64,000 bases of DNA from Candidatus Nomurabacteria bacterium (lineage in GTDB: Bacteria > Patescibacteriota > Minisyncoccia > Phycocordibacterales > UBA5272): the NCBI GenBank assembly GCA_028286645.1, contig JAQBRF010000002.1, positions 58,518 through 122,517 of the forward strand, read 5' to 3'. The notes under the pieces were generated by a model, which was given only the letters and a program-made list of their open reading frames with translations, did not search any database and was not told the DNA's origin. Of this stretch, positions 29,124-36,706 are shown one piece after another. A program made the translations under genes and the position numbers. Each line of letters opens with the position of its first letter. The first letter of the stretch is position 1.

Positions 29124-29195
29124 TGCCCTCGGCAGGAATCGAACCTGCATCGCAAGTACCGCAAACTTGAATTCTATCCATTGAACTACGAGAGC
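29124..29195 (-). tRNA. tRNA-Arg(GCG)
   Basis: GCTCTCGTAGTTCAATGGATAGAAT-CAAGT-TTGCGGT-ACTTG..GGTTCGATTCCTGCCGAGGGCA. Confidence 0.92.
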
Positions 29196-29323
29196 GTTAC
29201 TCGATACTACTATATTTTCTATATTTTATCTACAATAATAAAATGCGTCGCGATAGATGTCGCGACGCATTTATGCGCCTTTGATCAGGAATGCCTCTGA
29301 AGATCGTCCGCCTGATCTTTGCG

Positions 29324-29524
29324 CTAATCCCATTCACCGCTCCGGCGGCCCACGATACCAGAAAGATCTCCAGAGTCTTCGTCTCCGCCGAATTCCATGA
29401 AGTCGTCCGGGCGAAGTCTCCGGCCTGACGCGCGGGGTTCAACTACTTCCGGTGGATCTTCCGACCAGTCCCTTCCTCCCGTCCTGACGCGAGCGCTTCT
29501 TTTAGCTGTTTTTACCTTAGCCAT
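29324..29524 (-). CDS. Small GC-rich hypothetical protein
   Basis: SD GAGGGG, upstream TATAAT, downstream 13-bp hairpin at ~29241-29272. Confidence 0.5.
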   Translation of the reverse strand: MAKVKTAKRSARVRTGGRDWSEDPPEVVEPRASGRRLRPDDFMEFGGDEDSGDLSGIVGRRSGEWD

Positions 29525-29652
29525 ACTGTTCCCCTCTCATGTGTGTTGTGGGAATTTCCCATTAATTATACATAAAAAATAAAATAGTGCTAAGAGGTTG
29601 TGATGTATGGGATTAAGTTGAATATTTTTACTTATATTGACATAATTCTAAA

Positions 29653-30570
29653 ATGGAACTTCCCTATGAATTAAAAGATCTATATAGACATTGGCCACAA
29701 CATATAAAAAAAGCCCCTCTTACGCAAAATGTTAAAAACAAAAAACTCTTGAATGATATTAAGTGGTTTATTAAAGAGAGGATAAATATCTGGGAAAAGA
29801 AAACTTCTGGCGCATCTCCGCCATTTACAAAAGATCCTATTTTATCTACCTATCGATTTTGTAATATATTCAGAGAGTTTGATAAGCAGACCATAGCCTT
29901 TCACACAAGATTAAATCCACTAAGAAATGACTTCCCTTTATGGCTTTTAAATATGTTTTATTTCCGAATGGTGGCAAATATAGAAACAATAAATACGCTT
30001 GGACTTCTTTCTTATAATAAAAAGGACGGTGAAGAGTTTTATAAAAGAATCATGGTTTCACCAAGACCCCGCTTCGGAACTCCTTATGTATTTCCTATAA
30101 GCACCATAATGCGTAGTGAAACTCCGACCAGAGAGGCTTTTATATCATTTTACCTTCCGAGTGTTATGAAAAAGATTGCAAAAGAAATAAAGACGTGGAG
30201 CAAAGAGTCGGTTTACGATGGGGTAGAAAGGATACTTCCTCTTTTTGGTTACAATCTCCGTTTTCTTTGGACAGAAGTCTTAATCGACGTTGCCTATCAA
30301 TATCCGAAGCGTTTAGATTTATTTAAAAGATTCCCTATAGGTCCGGGATCAGCGCCGACATTTAAAAGAATTGATAATAGCAAGGACCCTTCTATTTTGG
30401 TTACGGAATTATCCTTGACCTCTGTTTCAACCGGGGTTTCCTTTAATGGAAAAGCTCTGCGGCTATCTGCAGAAAACTGGGAAGGAGTTGGATGTGAATT
30501 TAGGAAATATACGAATTTAAAAAACGGGCACGGGAGAAAAAGATTATATAAAAAATCGCCCAGCAAGTGA
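29653..30570 (+). CDS. 5-hmdU DNA kinase helical domain / aGPT-Pplase1-like protein
   Basis: ER..IW.KK..G..PPFTKDPIL..YRFCNIFRE.D, GPGS, E..GCEFRKY. Confidence 0.7.
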   Translation: MELPYELKDLYRHWPQHIKKAPLTQNVKNKKLLNDIKWFIKERINIWEKKTSGASPPFTKDPILSTYRFCNIFREFDKQTIAFHTRLNPLRNDFPLWLLNMFYFRMVANIETINTLGLLSYNKKDGEEFYKRIMVSPRPRFGTPYVFPISTIMRSETPTREAFISFYLPSVMKKIAKEIKTWSKESVYDGVERILPLFGYNLRFLWTEVLIDVAYQYPKRLDLFKRFPIGPGSAPTFKRIDNSKDPSILVTELSLTSVSTGVSFNGKALRLSAENWEGVGCEFRKYTNLKNGHGRKRLYKKSPSK

Positions 30571-30581
30571 GCGACTTTTTA

Positions 30582-30848
30582 TTATTTCCCCATTTTTGCA
30601 ACGGCCTTTGCCAATCTGCCTTTCTTTCTATCTGCTGTTCCTTTTTTAATTACTCCCCTCTTTGCGGCCTTATCAAGGGCTTTAAAAGCAAGAGAAAGGG
30701 TTTCTTTCGTTACGTTAGGATCTTTGGCTAAAACGCCGCTTCTAACCTCTTTTACCGACTCTCGCATAGTGCGGCGTCTGCGGTCATTAACTACTCGCTT
30801 TCGCTCGCTCACTCTTATTGCCTTCTTTGCGTTTTTTGTAATTGCCAT
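30582..30848 (-). CDS. rpsT: 30S ribosomal protein S20
   Basis: AKKAIRVS, LDKAAKRGVIKK..A.RKK.RL. Confidence 0.96.
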   Translation of the reverse strand: MAITKNAKKAIRVSERKRVVNDRRRRTMRESVKEVRSGVLAKDPNVTKETLSLAFKALDKAAKRGVIKKGTADRKKGRLAKAVAKMGK

Positions 30849-30932
30849 AGTTTTATGTAAGTAGAACTACTCTAACATATTTCATCAGATTGATCAAGAA
30901 ATCCGCACCTTCTATCATGTTATACTTTTCCT

Positions 30933-31493
30933 ATGATTGGACATCTCCGAGGTAAGGCTATAAGCGTAAATAATCAATCACTGATACTGGATGTTGGAGG
31001 AGTCGGGTACAGTGTATACTTGCCTCTACCGCTGCTTCTTTCTGTTAAGGAAAATGATGAGGCATCTTTCTGCATACATACTCATGTACGAGAAGATTCT
31101 ATTGTGCTTTATGGATTTAAGGACACTTTAGACCTGGCACTTTTTGAAAATTTAATAAACATTTCTGGGATTGGCCCAAAGAGCGCTCTTGCCATGCTTT
31201 CGGTTCATTCCCCTGCGTCCATTGCGGACGCTATAGAGCGAGAAGACATAGAAGCACTGTCACATACTCCAGGAGTGGGTAAAAAAACTGCAGCAAAGAT
31301 TATTTTAGAATTAAAAGGCAAGCTGGCACATTTAGTGCAAACTAAAGAAACAGATATTACGTTTGAAGTTCGTATGGCCCTTGAAACTCTTGGATACTCT
31401 CCAAAGGAAATTCACGATACGCTTAGTAAATTGAAAACTGAAAATAAAACGACGGGTGTATTAATAAAAGAAGCTCTACAGCAATTACAATAA
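30933..31493 (+). CDS. ruvA: Holliday junction branch migration protein RuvA
   Basis: DVGGVGY, HVRED, ISGIGPKSAL, PGVGKKTA. Confidence 0.96.
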   Translation: MIGHLRGKAISVNNQSLILDVGGVGYSVYLPLPLLLSVKENDEASFCIHTHVREDSIVLYGFKDTLDLALFENLINISGIGPKSALAMLSVHSPASIADAIEREDIEALSHTPGVGKKTAAKIILELKGKLAHLVQTKETDITFEVRMALETLGYSPKEIHDTLSKLKTENKTTGVLIKEALQQLQ

Positions 31494-31572
31494 GGCCGTG
31501 GTGCAGTAAAGTAGCGCATAGGGGGTAGAAAATTAAAATCGCCGAGCTGCTTCGCAGCTCGGCGATCGTTTT

Positions 31573-31869
31573 CTACTTCACTTCCGGTATACACGGAATG
31601 GGCTTCCCATCTTTGTCCGGAACCCACCCACCCCATGAATAGTCCGCCCTGCTTCCGAACCGTCGCCACATAATATCGCCGGAACAGAAGTTCTCTCCTT
31701 GCAGGAGGGGAAGCCTTCTTCGCAAATCTTTCCCCGGGACACTGGAATCGGTATTCTCCGGGTTGGCCGCCGCATACATGTCGGCGAAGTATCCGGCATT
31801 TAGTCCGGGCGGCTCTGCCGCGGCTGGAAGTGAGTAAAAGAAGAGAAGCGCTATAAGAAGTGATTTCAT
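31573..31869 (-). CDS. Small secreted protein (GC-rich islet)
   Basis: Signal peptide MKSLLIALLFFYSLPAAA; TTGACA-17-TAGTGT promoter; terminator hairpin at ~31535-31572. Confidence 0.6.
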   Translation of the reverse strand: MKSLLIALLFFYSLPAAAEPPGLNAGYFADMYAAANPENTDSSVPGKDLRRRLPLLQGENFCSGDIMWRRFGSRADYSWGGWVPDKDGKPIPCIPEVK

Positions 31870-32191
31870 AAGAACCCCCAATGTTGAACTTACTACACAA
31901 CACTACAATTTAGTGCAAACTATGTCAAGTCGGACTTTATTATTTATTTTCCTGGAAAGTGAAGTAAGTCCACGAGCATGCTTATAAAGAAGGATCGGAC
32001 TCAATTACAATAAAAACACCGGGCGCTTTCGCGACCCGGTTTTGCTGCGTGTTTAAGGCTACTGCATATTGCACGGCATCGCCCGATTAGTAATCGGGTC
32101 GATTAGGATGAATGTATTAATCCGCCGGCAGTAGTTTTCCTCACCTAGCATCTAAACCTATTCCCCAAATGAAACTTAGGAGTCGATTTTC

Positions 32192-32470
32192 TTATTTCTC
32201 GGCGTCGCACGACCCCGGCAGAAGAATGACATGATCGATCCTGGCGGTCTTGTCCCGGAACATTCCAATTTCCAGGATGATGATGCCTTCTTTCATGCCT
32301 ACATCAATCACACATCTTTTCCGAAATGTTCCAGGAGAAAGAGCGGGCAGCCGCTGACTCTGTGCGTAGCTGGCCACCGCCTGTGCAGCGGCTGCATGCC
32401 GTGGCTGGACGAGGACCTGCGGAACTGCCAGGGCCGAAAATGCTGCTATCGCAAACAAAAATCTTCTCAT
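32192..32470 (-). CDS. Small secreted protein (GC-rich islet)
   Basis: Signal peptide MRRFLFAIAAFSALA; upstream region duplicated with that of 31869. Confidence 0.6.
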   Translation of the reverse strand: MRRFLFAIAAFSALAVPQVLVQPRHAAAAQAVASYAQSQRLPALSPGTFRKRCVIDVGMKEGIIILEIGMFRDKTARIDHVILLPGSCDAEK

Positions 32471-32591
32471 ACTAGCCTCACGGTTGGTTGAACTTACTTA
32501 ATAACACTATAATTTAGTGCAGATTATGTCAATATAACTTTATCTAAGTATTTTCCTGGAAACTGACAGCTGAAAACTGTAGACTACCTAT

Positions 32592-33878
32592 ATGGAAAAA
32601 CTTCTCCGTACAGTCGAAAAGCTCATCCCGAGAAAAGTTTATAACTTCTTTCAGCCTGCATATCACTTCCTCCTAGCTATTACCGGCGCCTTAATTTATC
32701 GAGGCCCATCTAAATATATTTATGTTATAGGAGTAACTGGAACTAAAGGCAAATCCTCAACCGCGGAATTTATAAATGCTGTTCTAGAAGCCGCAGGTAA
32801 GAAAACCGCCATCTTATCTACCATAAGATTTAAAGTGGGAGACAAGACTCGTCCAAACAAATTTAAAATGACTATGCCGGGAAGATTCTTTACTCAAAAA
32901 TTCTTACGTGAAGCGGTGGACGCTAAATGCCAATATGCAATTATAGAAATGACGTCAGAAGGCGCGAGATTTTTCCGTCATGTAGGCGTTGAGCTCGACG
33001 CTCTTATTTTTACCAATCTCTCCCCTGAGCACATAGAAAGCCATGGCTCATTTGAAAAATATAAAAAAGCAAAGCTCCGTTTGGCTAAAAGACTTTCTAA
33101 TAGCAATAAATTAGTCCGCATTGCTATTGCCAATACCGACAATGAACATGCATACTCCTTTCTTGTGTATCCAGTTGAAAAAAATATCGGATACTCATTG
33201 AAGCAAGTGCATATAATTTCAGAAGATCAAAACGGAAGTGACATTGAATATAACGGAGTAAAAATCCATATTCCTATCCCCGGTAAATTTAATATTTCAA
33301 ATGCGCTTGCGGCTCTTAAGCTTGCAGAAGAAAATAATATTTCTATTGAAGCAGCGAAGAAAGGAATTGAGTCTCTATCGCTTATCCGCGGCCGCGTAGA
33401 GAAAATTGATTTAGGACAGGATTTTACAGTGGTAGTAGATTACGCGCACACAGATGATAGCTTAAGAAAGTTATACGAAGCATTTCCTGTTTCAAGAAAG
33501 ATCGGAGTACTAGGTTCTACTGGTGGAGGAAGAGACTCATGGAAGCGTCCAGTCTTAGGAAAAATAGCTGATGAATATTGTGATGAAATAATTCTTACAA
33601 ATGAAGATCCGTATGACGAAGATCCGATAAAGATTATAAATGAGGTCGCAAGCAGCATCACCAAACATTCTCCTCATATAATAATGGATCGTCGCGAGGC
33701 AATCGCTCAAGCATTTTCTTTGGCAAAGACTGGGGATGCCGTTTTGATCACAGGAAAAGGAACTGACCCATACATCATGGGACCAAATGGATCTAAAATT
33801 TTGTGGGATGACGCGCAAGTCGCAAGAGAAGAATTAGAAAAGATCATTAAAACAGAGACTGCCCCCAGCCGGGTATAA
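32592..33878 (+). CDS. murE: UDP-N-acetylmuramoyl-tripeptide synthetase (MurE family)
   Basis: GVTGTKGKS, FTNLSPEH, VVVDYAHT, TNEDPYDED, LITGKG. Confidence 0.9.
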   Translation: MEKLLRTVEKLIPRKVYNFFQPAYHFLLAITGALIYRGPSKYIYVIGVTGTKGKSSTAEFINAVLEAAGKKTAILSTIRFKVGDKTRPNKFKMTMPGRFFTQKFLREAVDAKCQYAIIEMTSEGARFFRHVGVELDALIFTNLSPEHIESHGSFEKYKKAKLRLAKRLSNSNKLVRIAIANTDNEHAYSFLVYPVEKNIGYSLKQVHIISEDQNGSDIEYNGVKIHIPIPGKFNISNALAALKLAEENNISIEAAKKGIESLSLIRGRVEKIDLGQDFTVVVDYAHTDDSLRKLYEAFPVSRKIGVLGSTGGGRDSWKRPVLGKIADEYCDEIILTNEDPYDEDPIKIINEVASSITKHSPHIIMDRREAIAQAFSLAKTGDAVLITGKGTDPYIMGPNGSKILWDDAQVAREELEKIIKTETAPSRV

Positions 33879-33913
33879 TAATCTTTTTATTATTAATTCT
33901 TAACAAACAAACA

Positions 33914-34249
33914 ATGGCAACAATAGAAGACTTTTTAAAGTTAGATATCAGAATAGGAAAAATTATTGAAGTAAGCGATTTTCCAGAAGCGAAAAAACCA
34001 GCATATAAATTAAAAATTGATTTCGGAGAGGAAATCGGGATAAAGAATCCTTCAGTTCAAATAGTGGCACTGTACAAAAAAGAAGACTTGGTTAATAAGC
34101 TTGTGCTTGGCGTAGTTAACTTCCCTCCAAGAAAAATTGGGCCTTTTGAATCAGAAGTATTAACTTTGGGCGTGCCTGATAGCGAGGGAAGAGTTACTCT
34201 GATGCGACCAGATAGTGACAACGCAGTAATAGGAGGAAAGTTATTTTAA
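33914..34249 (+). CDS. csaA: CsaA tRNA-binding/export chaperone
   Basis: FPEAKKPAYKL.IDFG, VVNFPPRKIG.F.SEVLTLG. Confidence 0.88.
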   Translation: MATIEDFLKLDIRIGKIIEVSDFPEAKKPAYKLKIDFGEEIGIKNPSVQIVALYKKEDLVNKLVLGVVNFPPRKIGPFESEVLTLGVPDSEGRVTLMRPDSDNAVIGGKLF

Positions 34250-34302
34250 AAAGAAAATCGCGCAAACTTCGCGCGATTTGTGGCAACACTTTTCATTTCA
34301 CT

Positions 34303-34716
34303 TCAGCTTGAGGCGCCGGCCGCTCTCAGGGCGTCATAGATCTGAGATTTCTTCTTCTCCCCGATTCCCGAGACTCCGGAAACTCCGTTTCGAACAACGT
34401 CGCCTATGCTACTACGCCCTGAGTAGAAGAGAAGCTGGACAGTGGCATGGCTGAGCCCGTAGTCTTCCAGCTTCAAGACGCTTTCCTTCAGGATGGCGGG
34501 CTCACTGACGCCTCTGCTGCCAGCCGGAGCGTCAGCAGGGATAGCGGAGGGTTTCTTTCTTTTCGAGTACCCAGGGCTTCGCCCCAATCCGGCCTGCGCC
34601 ATGAGTTTTCTCGCCCGGCGGCGTTGTCCTCGTCCTTGCCCCCTTTGCTTTGTAGGGGGAATCTGTGGTGGCGCCCCCCAGACATTGTCTCGGTCGTCCA
34701 CGGTTAGAAGATGCAT
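34303..34716 (-). CDS. GC-rich protein with a basic N-terminus and an RNA polymerase alpha-CTD-like HhH domain
   Basis: LEDYGLS...VQLL..SG..SIGDVV...VSGIGEKK..QI.DAL; SD AAGGAG. Confidence 0.55.
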   Translation of the reverse strand: MHLLTVDDRDNVWGAPPQIPPTKQRGQGRGQRRRARKLMAQAGLGRSPGYSKRKKPSAIPADAPAGSRGVSEPAILKESVLKLEDYGLSHATVQLLFYSGRSSIGDVVRNGVSGVSGIGEKKKSQIYDALRAAGASS

Positions 34717-34844
34717 GTCGTGCTCCTTGTTTATTTCCCCTTTCAGGGCTTGTGGAGAAGCCTATCATAAATATATTCCAGTGTCATGTTGTGCATTTAT
34801 TAAATTTCGTATACCCTAATCGCTATACTCTAACACCTACACTT

Positions 34845-35765
34845 ATGCCTGAACTTCCCGAAGTACATACGACAGTTACCGGACTGAGAAAAGTTTTAGT
34901 AGGCTTATCAATGAAAAGTGTTTGGTCTGATATGTGGAGCACAGCCACATTAGGGAAAAACACGATTAAAGACAAGACTTACTTTCCCTACTTTAAAAAA
35001 TACGCGCTCAATCAAAAAGTAAAAGATGTAAGACGCCGCGCAAAATATATTTTGATTGATCTAGAGAATAGTTTCACTATAATCATTCACATGAAAATGA
35101 CGGGACACTTAATGTATGGAGTATACAAACAAAATAAAAAGGCTAATGGAAAAGAATGGGCGTGGGTTCCAATTGACGATAACGAGGCGTTGCTTGATCC
35201 ATACAATCGCCATATTCATGTTGTATTTACTTTATCAAATGATAGACATCTCGCCTTTTGTGATTCACGAAAATTCGGCTCCATCACCATACTTAAAACC
35301 TCAACGATTGATTCAGATAGGTTGGCGCACTTAGGTCCTGAGCCACTGGAGGAAACATTTAAAGAAATTAATTTTATCGAACGGCTCCAGCGCTTCCCTA
35401 ATCGTCCGATTAAACAAACGCTTATGGATCAAACAGTGATTGCTGGGATCGGCAATATCTACTCTGATGAAATGCTTCACCTCTCCCACATTCAACCGAC
35501 TCGTGTCACTAAGAGTTTGAAAACAGTAGAGAAGAAATTATTATTCAAAGCCATGAAGAAAGTTTTAGGGCGCGGAATTGATTTTGGAGGAGACTCGATG
35601 AGCGATTATAGAAATATAGAAGGCAAGCGCGGGAAATTCCAAGAAAAGCATTTAGTATATTTACGGACAAACCAGAAATGTAAAACGAAAAATTGCCGCG
35701 GAATTATAAAGAAAGAGAAAGTTGGCGGACGAAGCGCACATTACTGTCCCATCTGCCAAAAGTAA
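34845..35765 (+). CDS. mutM: Formamidopyrimidine-DNA glycosylase
   Basis: MPELPEV start, HMKMTG, GIGNIYSDE, C-terminal zinc finger. Confidence 0.96.
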   Translation: MPELPEVHTTVTGLRKVLVGLSMKSVWSDMWSTATLGKNTIKDKTYFPYFKKYALNQKVKDVRRRAKYILIDLENSFTIIIHMKMTGHLMYGVYKQNKKANGKEWAWVPIDDNEALLDPYNRHIHVVFTLSNDRHLAFCDSRKFGSITILKTSTIDSDRLAHLGPEPLEETFKEINFIERLQRFPNRPIKQTLMDQTVIAGIGNIYSDEMLHLSHIQPTRVTKSLKTVEKKLLFKAMKKVLGRGIDFGGDSMSDYRNIEGKRGKFQEKHLVYLRTNQKCKTKNCRGIIKKEKVGGRSAHYCPICQK

Positions 35766-35808
35766 TATTGAGCTAAATATTTTCTATCCTGTCTTGTATA
35801 CTATAAAC

Positions 35809-35952
35809 ATGAAATTTTTCATTTACTTCTTCTTAGGATTCTGGGTCATTTGGATTCTGTGGTATATAACCGGAGGACCACTCCGCGATGAAACTTCTAA
35901 ACCTTTTGTATCTCCAAGCGACTTTCAACAAATTGCTCCAACAGCACAATAA
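35809..35952 (+). CDS. Small membrane protein
   Basis: MKFFIYFFLGFWVIWILWYITGGP; -10 box immediately upstream. Confidence 0.55.
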   Translation: MKFFIYFFLGFWVIWILWYITGGPLRDETSKPFVSPSDFQQIAPTAQ

Positions 35953-35960
35953 TAACTTTG

Positions 35961-36033
35961 TGCCCCCACCTGGGATCGAACCAGGGACCTTCTCCTTAAA
36001 AGGGAGCTGCTCTACCAGCTGAGCTATAGGGGC
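35961..36033 (-). tRNA. tRNA-Lys(TTT)
   Basis: GCCCCTATAGCTCAG..CTTTTAA loop..GGTTCGATCC. Confidence 0.95.
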
Positions 36034-36074
36034 AAGTGTTTAAAATACTAGCAGAAAATTAAGCTTTTTTCCAG

Positions 36075-36704
36075 TTATATACTCAACACCACTTTCTCTA
36101 ATTCAATTTTAAGATCCCTTTCCCCCCTATGCGCCAAGATACTTGCTCGCAAAAGTTTCCCTCCGATCTCTTCACATTCCTTTAAAGTAAAACGGCTGGG
36201 CTTGCCACTTTTTACATCACTCCAAAGAGTCGTCCATTTCCACCAAAGCGCTCCGTGAATCGCCTCCGGCGTCTCACGATCGCGAATGTATATCCACTTA
36301 ATCCACGCTTGTTTTTTATCGCGCTTCGCTACAAGATTACATAATTGAAACACATCATTTCCTTTCACTTTTTCTTCCATTGCATCAAATAGCTTTTCAG
36401 ACACTTTCGCCAATCTTTTAATTCTGTTTGCATCTGCAAACGGCTCATCGATTATAAATATATTTTGAGAGCTCTTCATCTCCGGAAGGAGCGCGATTAC
36501 AACATCACGAGCTGACGCCAAATCCATAACCTGGATTAGGTTGGCAATTATCTTATCTCCAAATAAGCTAGCACTCTCAATTAATGGCTCTAACGTCGCG
36601 ATATTTTCGCTGTAGATATGAGAAGATACGCTTCCTAACTTTGCTAGTGACTCATAAGCTTTTTCTCTAACTTCTTTATTTGTTCCGGCAATTGAATAAA
36701 TCAT
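36075..36704 (-). CDS. Putative DNA polymerase III delta (HolA-like) subunit, short form
   Basis: SLFGDK, F.L...V..RDKK, E.IHG.LWW, LEK..L; coupled to polA. Confidence 0.55.
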   Translation of the reverse strand: MIYSIAGTNKEVREKAYESLAKLGSVSSHIYSENIATLEPLIESASLFGDKIIANLIQVMDLASARDVVIALLPEMKSSQNIFIIDEPFADANRIKRLAKVSEKLFDAMEEKVKGNDVFQLCNLVAKRDKKQAWIKWIYIRDRETPEAIHGALWWKWTTLWSDVKSGKPSRFTLKECEEIGGKLLRASILAHRGERDLKIELEKVVLSI

Positions 36705-36706
36705 AT

